Assembly: GCA_965153285.1 (NCBI GenBank)
Contig: OZ229113.1
Length of the DNA stretch: 64,000 bases
Origin: Podarcis tiliguerta
Lineage: Eukaryota
Reading direction: 5' to 3' (one strand)
Made by a program: the position numbers and the translations under genes. The notes beneath the pieces are model-generated. The model was not told where the DNA came from, searched no databases, and saw only the letters and a list, made by a program, of their open reading frames with translations. Numbering within the stretch: position 1 is the first letter of the stretch; the number at the start of each line of letters is the position of its first letter. This document shows positions 50,087-62,068 of the stretch, piece after piece.

Positions 50087-51031
50087 TAAATTATGGGAGC
50101 CTCTTCTTTCCTCTAGTTTCTTAATAGGTTGATAACGCTCTGCTCAGAAACCACAACTGACTTCAGTTGCCTACTCTTGTCAGAAACACTTAAAGGGGGA
50201 AGACTGACTTTATCACAGAAACCTGTTGCAGAGTATGCTCATTTGGGTTAAACAAGAAGATGGATTAGCTGCTTTTTGGGATCTGTTAATTGCATTCTTA
50301 ATAAAATCATCTAGTTAAACTGTCTCCTTTGCAGTAAAGCGCTATGGTGAAGGGATTTCTAAAGGCAAGCTGCTAAGTTGATTGTGTTGCAAGATAATTA
50401 ATTGAAAAGAGAACAACAAAAAATGGGAAGGGATTTTGGTGCTACAGCTTTTCAGCTGCTCTTCATTACATCAAGTCTCAATGATTAATTCAAGAGATAA
50501 AGGAAAACTCTCTTTCCTCCATGAAGGGCTGCTTTCATTTGCCACAGGCAAAACTATTCAGCTTGAAGCATTCTCCTCCATTTACTAATATATCTTCAAA
50601 ATAATGGGTTGGTGTGGAGCAAATTAAAACTTCTAAGAATATCCTGAATCAGGAAATGTACAGCTAATTGTCATTCACCACTTAAGAGGCTGGCTCTGTG
50701 GTTCTCTCTCTCTATGTGACACACACACAGTGTATTCTTTTTTATTTTAAAAATTGCAACTTTCCTGCTAATATATATTGTCCACCAATATTGAGCTCTG
50801 TGACAAACAAGGCATCATTGCATTCTGGCTTTTTCTCCCATCATTAATACATAATCCCACCTTGTGCCCACAACTGCAGTTATCTCTAGACTATTTCCCT
50901 TTGTTTTTCCATTATGTACAAAGTTACATCTTTTGGTTCCTTAAAGTGTGATTGATCATTGCACAAATGGATTATGCCCATGATCCAAGACTTGATTGAG
51001 TTCCAAAAATGGTGAGGCTTTTGTGTGGCAA

Positions 51032-51814
51032 ATACCCGCCCCCTCCCACTGGAGTAGAAATAACGACTCGGACACAAGAATTAAGGTTAATGGGCGTAAA
51101 TGGCCACAACTTTATTGATTACAGGTATGAGAGGTATTGGCTTTAGGCATTGGCCCTATCATTCTAACCGGTCTAACCGGGAAGGGTTAAACACCAACAG
51201 GGGGAGCCCCCCGAGATGAACATCCGTAGGCGCCCCCCCAGGGGTTACCGCTCGGGGGCGCGCTTTAGGCCCTAGCCTCCGTAGGTTTCGGACGAGGCGA
51301 CGCCCCTCGGAGTCCTTTAACGAACTACCCTTCGTGATGTGGGGGAGGTGATGGCGCTCCTCCCCCCCGTCCTCATATGCATATCAATACCCCTGCCAAT
51401 GCCTAACCGCCAAAACCGGGAAGTTGTGACGTTTGCTACGAGGTAGGCGAAAAAACCAAAGGCTTCGAAATCACAGCCAATTAGCCAAATGGAAAAATTC
51501 CTACCAGGCCCCTTGCGGCGACCAGCCAAAGCCCATAGCAAAGTCAGGGGCAAGCCTAGAGGGAGGGTGGGTGGGAAAAGCGATCTGGAGCCGGTGCAAG
51601 GAGAGAAAGGGGCGAGCCAGGGCAGCCCTGACCTTACATTGCCCTGGCCGGCCCCACCCCCTCGCCAGCCGATTGGCTGGCCCGGGGGAGATGCATAATA
51701 ATTAAGGCCGGGGAATCCCTGACTTTCCCGCGGGGCTTCCCAGCCCCGCGAGACTGTGGTCGCGGGCGAGAGCCCACAACCCCACCCCCTCTCGAGCTCG
51801 GGAGTGGCTTTATA
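51032..51814 (-). mobile_element. Non-autonomous CpG-rich retroelement, probably tyrosine-recombinase (Ngaro/DIRS) type; solo LTR is the alternative
   Basis: Sharp GC/CpG island, minus-strand AATAAA followed by gttgtggcc, no 4-6 bp TSD, ATA at both junctions, and imperfect inverted GGGAG-containing termini. Confidence 0.65.
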
Positions 51815-52119
51815 GCAGAATAAACACAAAGATATATCACTCAATAGAGAGGGGCAGAAAAAGATGGGCATTCAGCCGGAGTTTTATCTGAAAGGGAAGT
51901 GCAGGGTTGAGACTTGTAGTGTTGAGTCACTCAATATTTCTTAGCATCTGTAGACATGTATGGGATTTTGTCTATACATTTTCCTGTGCAACAATTAAGA
52001 ACTGCCTTGCTAGATCAGGCAAAGGGTTGCACTAGTCTAGCAATCTGTCTCAACCAGCCAGCTGTATCCTGGGAAGCTCACAAATGGAAGAAGGCCATCC
52101 TGGTATATTAATACCAGCA

Positions 52120-52300
52120 GGGAGATAGTAGATTCAGTCTGCATTTAAAAGCAAACCTAGCTAGCTCACACTTTTCAAAACAATTCACAAACTGAAATCC
52201 ACCATTCTTCAACATTCACACCTCTGAATTTTGCGGTTCAGTTTTCCAGCCAATTAATATTACAGAAATGCATATATCAGTAAAAATAGTGTTAAAAGGC
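52120..52300. mobile_element. Old DNA transposon fragment (29004 family)
   Basis: Aligns by eye with 29010-29160. Confidence 0.5.
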
Positions 52301-53249
52301 TTTGCATTAGGGTATGCGGATTCCTACCAGGCAAATATCTCAAGCTTGGCGGTGCCATGGTCATTCCTCCCGTCAGGCCCATTATGGGCCATCCCTAAAC
52401 TTCTTTGTAAATAAATCCTAACATATTTAATTGGAGTCTAGTGCCAAACAGCCATCCAGTGCAAACCTTTGAGAATTAATGTAATGTGATCTTATGCAGA
52501 TAGGTGGTTTAACACTCTAGCATTCTGCCATTGCTGCCGTTTCCAGATTGTCCTCAAGGACTTTGTAGCAGCTGCCATATAAAAGGAGATATCCAGAAAT
52601 ATGTATGATTTATGTGGGGAAGAGTGAGATTAAATATACATAGTCATGGGGTGGGGGATATAATTCCAGTTCTTTATAGTATTAATTTTTTAAAAACTGC
52701 ATTGTTTGCTGAAAGGAGAATGAGGCACTTGGTGACAAAGTGAATTTGGTAAGCTTTCTGCTGATAGGATTGTAATCAACAATAGACATTAGAAACAATT
52801 CACTACAAAATTAGGCACCAGTGGGTTTACATATGCCTTCCTCTGCTGGATTGTTACCTATACATGCAGGAGAAACTTCGAAGTAAATGGAAAGTTTGTT
52901 TGGTTTTGAGGAGCAGGAGTGAAGGGTGAAGGGGGAAAGCAAAGGATATTCATTCTAGTCTGAAAACTAGTAGTGGTTTTAAAGACTTTTTAAGGCGAAA
53001 GGATATATGCATAAAGACAAAAATGTCTAAGCCGGTGAGACCTGAATTGCACCTCGGCTACCTTGTTCTAAACAATTTATCTGGATCAATGTCATCACCT
53101 TAGTAGAGAAAGCCTCTCTCTCAATACTTCCAAGGCCTTGGCTCTGTGATCAGAAAGGAAGGAAGTATGTCAACAGAGAATGTGCTGCAGTTCTGGCTGA
53201 CAGTTCATTAGAAAAAAAGAAGGCAAGGGGAGAAACCGAAATATAAATA

Positions 53250-53930
53250 CCGTATTTTTTGCCCTATAGGACACACTTTTTCCCCTCAAAAAATGAAGGG
53301 GAAATCTGCGTGCGTCCTATAGGGCGAATGCAGGCTTTCGCTGAAGCTTGGAGAGCGAGAGGGGTCAGTGCGCACCGACCCCTCTCGCTCTCCAGGCTTC
53401 AGGAAGACACCCGCAGCCTAGGCAGCCTTGCGGGAGTTCCTGCAGGGCTGTCTAGGCTGCGGATAGCAGCCTGCTACCCGGAGCGCCGGGCTTGCTGTAA
53501 GCGGAGTGCCCGGCGCTTCGGGAACACATCCGCAGCCTAGGCAGCCCTGCAGGAGTTCCCGCAGGGCTGTCTAGGCTGCGGATAGCAGCCTGCCGCCCTG
53601 CGCGAGTTGCACCCTGAAGCAGAGCGCCCCTCGCGCCGGGCAGACATCCGCAGCATTGGGAGCCCTGCAGGAGTTCCCCACAGGGCTCCCCACACTGCGG
53701 ATAGCAGCCTGCGCGCCGGACAGACATCGGCCAGCCCCACAAGCTCGGGGGACAGCAGGGAGGCACAGCGCCACCATCCCACTGTTCCTCGACCTGGTTC
53801 GATTTCCCCGACCTGGTTTGGGGGGGGAAATAAAGGGAAATGTTTTTTCCTTTATTCCCCCCCCCCAAAAAAAAAAAAAAAACTAGGTGCGTCCTATGAG
53901 ACGGAGCGTCCTATGGGACGAAAAATACAG
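53250..53930. mobile_element. Tc1/mariner (pogo/Tc2-like) MITE, long form, opposite orientation to 49827
   Basis: TIR ccgtattttttgccctataggac / gtcctatgggacgaaaaatacag, TA TSD, and three ~119-bp GC-rich palindromic internal units. Confidence 0.93.
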
Positions 53931-55524
53931 TAGATGTTCTTGAAAATAAGGGAAGTGTTTCAGTAACAAAAGAAGTTTGGGAAGCTTTAGCAAATGCACA
54001 ATTGTGCTTTGCAAGAAGACTGGTAAAGTCTAAAATATGCAGTGAGAGAGATGTAATGTAGGAGAAGCCTCTTATGAGGAACCATGTATCGCTGGGGGAG
54101 TTTCAGGTTCAATGATGTAAATAGTGTTTCAAATCTATGTGATATTCAAGATCAGACCTGGATGGTGTTCTATAAGCTGAAATCTAGATCACCCAATATA
54201 TTAAACAAGCAAGCGTGGGAAGGCCTATATAGTTCTGGGTGGGAGGGAAACAAGGCATTAGTGATTGATTTTCTTGTTCCCTGTTTGTGAATGAGTGCTC
54301 TAAAGCGTGGGAAGTATAAATATTTTGCCATTGTTTCTATAGGCAAACAAGGAAGCAATAGCCTTAATGATGGTCTGGTAAGTATTCATAATGTTTAGAC
54401 CATGCAACGTGTGATAATAGCTAAGAGAATGAAAGATGCATTTATTTTTTTCACACTCAAGTTACTCCCAATCAAATGAAGAAAAGGTAGGACTTGAGAT
54501 ATAATAGCAGCCAGCACCAATCAGGAAAAAAGTGTGCATCGTTTACTACCAAGTCTGTCCATAATGACTGCTGTTTCTTATCATAGTAAATGCTTCCACT
54601 GGGGGAAGAAACATTTTCTTGTGAATGTGTGTGCATAACAATGAAAGGCTAGTGAATGGATGTAATTCTGCCCCCAGCTCCTTATTTTTTTATTATTATT
54701 GTGGTCTCTCACTGTACATTGATGCCTTCTGGTGAAGGAACTGCACAGAGGCATTTGTTTCACTGCAAATTAATTGTTTAATCCTGATGCGTGTAATTCT
54801 CTGCTAGTTTCCCTATTCTCAATATTTTCTGGTGGAGGGTCAGAGCACACATTCCCTATAGCTTAATTTATAGTGAGGTTCTTTAAAAAAAAATCTTCCA
54901 TCATGTTCTCACTCCTGTTGCCTGATAATTACACACTGCAGAAAGCTGAACAGCATTTGCTCACTCCTGAGAGCATTCCCTTGTAGAAAATTGAATTAGG
55001 TCCGTGCATTTTGATAACAAGAACTTCCCCTCCCCCTGATACCAGAGTGTGCATGTCCATGATAGAGAAGCATTATATCCCTAAGCCGTGAGGTCTTCAT
55101 TAGCACATCATTCTATGGACTTTGAATGTCAAGGAGAAATGGATAGACTCTGTAAGAGACTTTAATGTGCCTGTCCCCAGTGTAACTAGAACTTGCAATT
55201 TAGTTTCGCTTTGGAATTCCTTAGGAGAGAAATTTCACTCTCAACAGACTTCTGATACTCTTTTTAAAGAAGGCTGGGGAGGTGTTAACAGACCCCTTAA
55301 ACCTGAACCCCATTGCACACACAATGAGTACAGAGGAATGATGCAGGACTTTCAAATGAGGTAAGTCCACAACAAATAGGTGGAAAGAATGGTCTGAAAT
55401 AGGAGACAGCAGGCAGATTTTCACTGGAAAACCATTGTTTTAGACTCAGAATCAAAACTGGAATTTCTCCCACATCACTAAAAAAAGAAAAGAAGAAAAG
55501 AATATAAATTCTCCCTCTTTACCT

Positions 55525-55750
55525 ATTTATTATTACATTCATATCTCTCCTCTATTCCAAGATGCTCAAGCTGTGGTGTACATGATCCCTATCTCCCTTC
55601 CCCCATAACCCTTTATCCTCACCACAAACTTGAGGGCTACGTTAGGATGAGAGAATGACTGGCCTAAGGCCATCCAGTGAGTTTTATGGCTGGGTGGGGT
55701 TCTGAATCCTGGTCTCCAAGGTCCTAGTCTGATACACTTCAAATTCACTA
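55525..55750 (-). mobile_element. Older tRNA SINE (Squam3A/MIR-like)
   Basis: Homologous to 29648-29787 (gactggcctaaggccatccagtgag...tgaatcctggtctcc). Confidence 0.65.
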
Positions 55751-55754
55751 TGAC

Positions 55755-56306
55755 TAGGGATGGGATTTTCTGAAAATCTCAATGTCAAGCTTATCTGCAT
55801 GGTTGACACCCCCCCCCCACCCAAAAAAAATCCATTGCGCTCATTGATCTACACAAGAAGATAGTCTTTTTTTAACCAGTTCTGCAAAGAATATGAAACA
55901 AATTGCACCTTAGATGCATATGCATAATTATGTGAATACTATTAAACACTTACTACACGCAGATACGTTTCAGGTTTCCTAAAGCAGCCAGCACATAAGC
56001 AGATACAATTAACAATGCATATAACTGTATAAAAACATGTATATAGAAAATTATGCTCCATAAATATAGGGCCACATGATACTTGACTCCTTTATGTATA
56101 TTATGTGCATAATGTATGTCTTTTTGTGGATCATTTTGCATATAATTAGTATTTTTAAGGGGGGAAATGCACAAGCAGCTCAAACGTAAGTGGGAGCTTA
56201 GTGCAAGAGGCATTCCTTTGATAGGGACAAAGTTCAATTGAGTCAGAAGTTGAACCATCAAATTGCATGAATAAATGCATTTAAATGGATTCTTCCTTCA
56301 TCCCTA
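55755..56306. mobile_element. Old hAT-like non-autonomous element
   Basis: TAGGGATG...CATCCCTA termini and an AT-rich tgcata-rich interior like 29004-29408. Confidence 0.5.
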
Positions 56307-56835
56307 AGTAGAAGAACAGAAAGAATATGTCACATACCACTAGTATCCAATAACTGCAAAACTAAATAATAATTGAGCCGATGCACCCATGTTCTACAGT
56401 TAGTTTAAGAAAGTAATCATTATGCCTTAAAGATGCTAAATAACAGGCTTTGAAGATACATAATATCTAAATAACCTCTGAATATCGGAGCCATGAAGTG
56501 GATTACTTTAAGTCCACCTCATTTATCTTCATGGTCTTAATATCTAAATAGTGATATATCTGAAGCCTTAGCACTATAGAAGAAGCATAGATGACTCATG
56601 CATCTGAATTCCTGTTTTTCACATGACATCTAATCTCACTGGAATATCACGCTAGTGAGATGCATCTTCCAGAACTCATCTTGAGCTGTGGAACTTTCCA
56701 CTTTGTACATTACATTAGAAGTAAGCACTCAAAATAATCCCTGGTTTTGTTTGTAGCAGTTGTAGGCTTAACTCTTTGTTAACCATTTTGGAATCAGTGC
56801 AGCTACACAGTACGATCAATGAATAGAGGAGAAAT

Positions 56836-57010
56836 GGGCCATAGTTAAGTGATAACATGCACATTTCACATGCAAAAGGTCCCAGATTCAATTCCTGGTG
56901 ACATTTCCAGGTAGGGATAGATCTCTGAAATCTGGGAGAAGAGCCGCTATGTGGGCAGCACTGAACTAGACACACGAATGATCTGACTTGGTATAAACCA
57001 GCTTTCTAAC
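56836..57010 (+). mobile_element. tRNA-derived SINE with CR1-like 3' end
   Basis: gggccatagttaagtg...aaggtcccagattcaattcctgg...tctgacttggtataa, of the 28349 family. Confidence 0.75.
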
Positions 57011-58074
57011 TTCTTCCTTTTCAACTTGCATGTTCAAATATATTTACAACACAGTCTTTTCATAGTGGAAAAAACAATTTTTTATAAAATCCTCACCCCA
57101 TCACAATAAGGTAATTTTGCGATCTGGTAAAGTTCCAATATTCTATATGTGTCATTGGTCTATAACCAAACACCTTTTTCCCCCCCATGCTTGTCTCATT
57201 AAAGGAGGAAAAAATAACCCAAAAGTTTCCAGTTTTGGAAAGTTCAGAGTCACACAGAGGCACCTGATCTCCTTTCTGAGACTTAGTTCCATTTAGTATG
57301 CTTCATTCTTCTGTTATAAGGAGACTGTTGCAAATTGCCCATGATATTTCCTCTGATTAGGACATTATAGCTCAAGCCCAGGGGGGCTCTCACCGTGGTC
57401 TCTGCCTGCCCTTCCTTATTTGCATAGACCAGAAATGTTCAGCCTTGGTTATTTCTGTGCCTCTTGGGAGAGTTCGAAACACTGCTTGCCTTCTGAGAAA
57501 GAAGAACCTATTTTCGTCACATTGTTGAGATCAGCAGTATCTTAGTTTCACATTAAAAAAATAAAAGGGAGAGAGAATAAAGTCATTCAAGTATCAGATG
57601 CCAGATGTGTCAGGGAGGAGAAATTCAGTTAAAGGACAGGATGAAGCGGCACCTGATTACAGCTTAGAGTTTACCACATCATGGGAAAGAGAGTGGCATG
57701 TTCTCAATAGTTGTTATAACTGAAAACATCTATTCCAGTTTCAGCTTCTATCAGGCTACTTGCCTGCCACATTGGGTCCCCAAAATATCAGAGCTAAAAC
57801 CTTGAGTGGCCCCTCTTATATGAGAATGCTATAAGGCCTTCTGAGTCTTGATTTTCTCTGCTTGCAGATGTTCTTTCAATGATGACTTCCTTTTTGGTTG
57901 CTTCTTCTCTGTGGGTTTTAACAATTATGGGGGTTGGATCCAGACTCCAGTCCTGCCTGCAGGTGCATGTCCCCAGCCAAATTCTGCTTAGGGGACACAC
58001 CTTCTGGTGGAGGAGAGAGAGGACTTTTTCCACTTCCCTCTCCCAGCAGTAGTAGCAGCACTTTCAAAACTGCA

Positions 58075-58460
58075 TGTCATGGCCCTGAGTTGTATCCTCT
58101 TTCATCAGGATATGAGATTGAAGAGTCAGAACAGGAATTGCCTGTGGGGCTAGTCTCAGAAAAGCATCTGCAAGATGAGGCCATGGGACAGTGGCTCTCT
58201 GGCTCAAGGATGGTGCAATGTAGTCCTTTGCTCGGGGGAGGGGGGGAACCATCTCAGAAGTCCTAATTCAACCAGAGAGTTTCCCACTGCTAGAGTGGAA
58301 CACATCCCTTTGACTAAAGAGACACCTCTCAGTAAAGGCAGAGCTGACAATGGAGAGAAAGTGGCTGCTCTTGTTTCAGACTCAGTTGCAGTCTGGCTGT
58401 TGCTGAAGCAACATCAAAACTCTTGGGGCCCTGCACAAAACCTGCCTTGTATGAGTTCAA
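58075..58460 (+). mobile_element. Possible LTR remnant
   Basis: Starts TGTCATGGCCC followed by a purine-rich tract typical of squamate Gypsy LTRs. End and TSD not found. Confidence 0.25.
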
Positions 58461-58837
58461 TGCTTGTATAAGAACCCTGGAACAGTGTAAGAGTGTTACT
58501 GAGGGTTGCAGGAGGAAGGGAAACAACCAAAACTTGCCTCCCCACCACCAACATTCCCCCACTTGGGTCAAAAGCCTTTTATGGCCTTTGGGATCCAACC
58601 ATAAATGTTTGTTTTCTTTGTTACAGCATTCCAAGAAAATGTTTTTGCTTCTGAAAAGAACCACACACAGAGAGAAAGAAGTAGCTTACAATTTAAATCA
58701 ATGAAATGTACATTTCAGATGCTCTGCTGCCTCTATCTTGGATGCCTCCACTGGGCCTTCTGATTCTTCTCTCTTCCATTTTTGCTTGTTTCATTCCTGT
58801 CAGCATTCCCATCTCCTACTTAATATGGAAGATGTGT

Positions 58838-59090
58838 TTACCCTCCCACATGTTGAGTCCCCAAACCGAGATACATGTCTCCCACACAAGTCACATGATG
58901 CGTGTGAGATCACAGAACCAAAAGACATGGTTGGGCAGGGCCCTGGTCTCATGACACTCAAAAAGGGATTTTTCTGGAGTGAGATCTCAGCATGAAATCA
59001 TGCAAAATCACAGCGACCCAAATGCCCGCTGTGATCTCACAGGGGAAAATGGGGTGCCCCAGTTTTTTTCCTGAACACTTGAAGGGTATG
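58838..59090. mobile_element. Degenerate MITE
   Basis: Inverted ends taccctcccaca / ttgaagggta and repeated gtgagatc motifs. Confidence 0.4.
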
Positions 59091-60925
59091 AATGTGTAGG
59101 ACCACTGTCACTCATCTTCTTTCCAAATCTCTGACTACTCTTTTATAGAGGTTGTACTCTCATTATTTTATCTGTTTGAAGAAATATTTACATACTGCCA
59201 AATAGAACCCATCTCAAGGATGCAGCAGATGAATAGCAAATATGTTAAAACAGTAAAACAATGCAGACAATATTCATACCACCAGGGGGGAAACGCAGCT
59301 GGTAACTCAAAATGCACTATTGATTGACCTCCCAATATTAAACACTGGAAAAAGTCTGAGTACACAGACATTTTTTAAACAAGTCAAGAAAGCTGCACAC
59401 CCAAGCTTTCCCTGGCATCTCAGGGTGGGGTGGCAGAGAGGAGGGGAGGGAGGGAAAGGGAATGATATCTGAAATGTTGCTTATAATTTCTATTGATCTT
59501 CCTTTAAGAATATTCAGAGTAACTGTTCTGTCACTGGAATTCATGTTATTTGTAAATGGGTGCTTGCTGAGAGAGGACACACAATGACTTACTTTCATCA
59601 GGGTCAAATCAAAACCACAGTCCTCAACTATTTTGTTGAGCAAGAAAGTGATCAAGTTGACAGGGTTGATTGTGGCGATTTAAAGAAAGGAATTGAAGGG
59701 AGTGAAATGCTAGTGGAAGTATTTCTTTAAAGGGCATGCAAAGTAAACATGATCAAAAGCAGCACATATATGCATAGTATAGCTGCACATAAGGAATGTG
59801 AATACATCTGGGCAGTGGAATCAGCAAAACTATGGAGAATGTCCTGCATGCTTCCCATTTTTGGTAGGAAAGTTTGCAGCAGTGGAAGAGTTTGTTTACC
59901 TGTCACACTAGAGATATTTCAATTGATAGTGAGATTGTGTAATGGATATAGAAACAAGACAAAGATCCACAAAATCTACAAAAGTCTTTTAAAAAAGAAA
60001 AAGAAAAAGCTTGACATAGTTCCTCAAATGTCTTCACCCAAGTTCAAGCCAAATGTGAGCCCCAGGAGATAGAAATCTGAACACTACATGGTAGAATGTC
60101 TTCCAGGCAACTCACCTTTATCCCTATAGGGTGGTACATCAAAGGTCACATAACAATTGTGACTATATTTTTATGCATACCAACAGTGTGGTAGGCAGAA
60201 CAAAGAAGCAGCTGCCCAGAGAGTTTACAATCTTCACAAATAATTCCCAAAACGTTTGTGTTGTGAAGTGTACTATCATCAATAAAGTTATTAAAATAAC
60301 AGCAACCCAAAAACAAAACAGAGGCTTATGGGAGCCCAAAGAACCACAAAGAAAATTTTGCACTAAGGAGAATGACTCAGAGGAAGGGTGCATATTTTGC
60401 ATGCTAAAAAACCCACAAAGCAGTTATTGGTCGGTCTCTGAAAAAAAAAACACCTGTCTAAAGCCCTAGTGAACTACTGCCAGTAAGTGAAACAATACTG
60501 AGCTAGATGGATTAATGGTCTGACTCTGTATAAAGCAGTTTACTATTTCTCACTTCTGCATAATTCACTCTTCTTGCCTTGGGTCAATTAAGCATCTCAG
60601 AAGGCAGATTATGTTGCTGCATTGCCTTGCAGCCAAGGGGATGAGATCGTTCATTCTCTCAAAAGGCAGAGATGCAGCAGAATTACCTGCCCCAGCAGGA
60701 AGCTGAGCATTTTATCTCTCCATGGATCATTGCTCTTGGGTGGCCTCCTTCCAGTTGTCAGGAAAGTCCAGATCAGTGACTCATGCAGAGGGAATAGATT
60801 TATCTGAGTGTTTATTAATCTTAAAACACTTGGTGACTTCAGATGCAAGATTAAGGGTTTCGGACAAATAACTCAACAATTAAAAGGACACATGAGGGTC
60901 AGTTCATTATCCTGACAAACTGATC

Positions 60926-61510
60926 ATAGAATCATAGAATCTTAGAGTTGGGAGGAACACCAAGGGTCATCTAGCCCACCCCCTACAATGCAGGAATCTC
61001 AGCTAAAGCATCCATGACAGATGGCCATCCAACCTCTGTTTAGAAACCACCAAGGAAGAGGAGTCCACCACCTCTCATGGGAGTCTGTTCCACTGCTGAA
61101 CAGCTCTTACTGTCAAAGTTTTTTTCCCAAATATTTAGTTGAAATCTCCTTTCTTGCAACTTGAAGCCTGTGGCTCGAGTCCTACCCTCCAGAGCAGGAG
61201 AAAACAAGCCTGCTCCCTCCTCCATGTGACAGCTCTTAAGATAATTGAGAGTGGCTATCATATCTCTTCTCAGTCTCCTCTTTTCCAGGCTAAACATACC
61301 CAGCTCCTTCAAGCGCTCCTCGTAAGGCTTAGTTTCTAGAACCTTGATCATCTTTGTTCCCTCTTCTGAACACATTCCAGCTTGTCAACATCCTTCTTAA
61401 ATTGTGGTGCCCAGAATTGGACACAGTATTCCAAGTGTGGTCTGACTAAGGCACAATAGAGTGGTACTATTACTTCCCTTGATCTGGACACTATACTTCT
61501 GTTGATGCAG
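60926..61510 (-). mobile_element. CR1 LINE, 5'-truncated (frameshifted ORF2 C-terminus + 3'UTR)
   Basis: [39 protein letters not shown] and PYEERLKELGMFSLEKRRLRRDMI, with an (ATTCTATG)n tail. Confidence 0.97.
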
Positions 61511-61825
61511 TGAAGTCCAGTGCCCACATTTTCATAAGTGAGGTACATACCAGGCAGGCACTTCTATCTGCCACTTGGAAGTCACCAAGAAACGGCAAAG
61601 CGACTCCCCCAGGTAGCCTTAGTTTGCACGGCCATGAGGGCAACCAGTCCATGCACGAGCTTCTAAATCACTCTGTTAAACCATCTGATTTTATAGATAA
61701 CTACCTCCTTTCAATGCCCCACCCTCCAACTACAATTTCCAGCACTAAAGAAGGATCCCAGCACTAACCTCCCAGACTGAATAAGGCAGCTGTGTGGGGG
61801 ACTTCACCTCCTCCCAACTGATTAG

Positions 61826-62068
61826 CAGTGGTGGAGGAAGGGAATGTGCTGCCCCGGGTGTCACCACTGAGGGGGGTGACAAAATGCTGGGCGGCACTCA
61901 CTGCGAGGCCATCAGCGTGCCCGAGCCACGTGTCTCTCCTGGGAGAGGCTCCGCGCTGCCCAAACGGTTCACCCGCTGCCTCCCCGCTAGCTGTAGGGTG
62001 GCTGAGTGGGAGGAGGCAGGCAGACTGCGGAGGCACCGCGGTGCGCCCCACCGCTTCCTCCACTGCTG
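61826..62068. mobile_element. GC-rich hAT MITE
   Basis: TIR cagtggtggaggaag / cttcctccactgctg and 8-bp TSD ctgattag / cttattag. Confidence 0.85.

Noticed and set aside
51317-51871. Longest ORF in the window (184 aa)
   Set aside because: It lies in a GC-rich mobile element, crosses its boundary and has no recognisable domain. Long ORFs are expected where stop codons are scarce.
53405-53745. Repeat-spacer appearance (CRISPR-like)
   Set aside because: Vertebrate DNA, long degenerate units inside a MITE, and no cas genes.
53259-53933. Cluster of overlapping ORFs and a CpG-island/promoter-like signal
   Set aside because: Entirely inside a TA-flanked MITE made of palindromic repeats.
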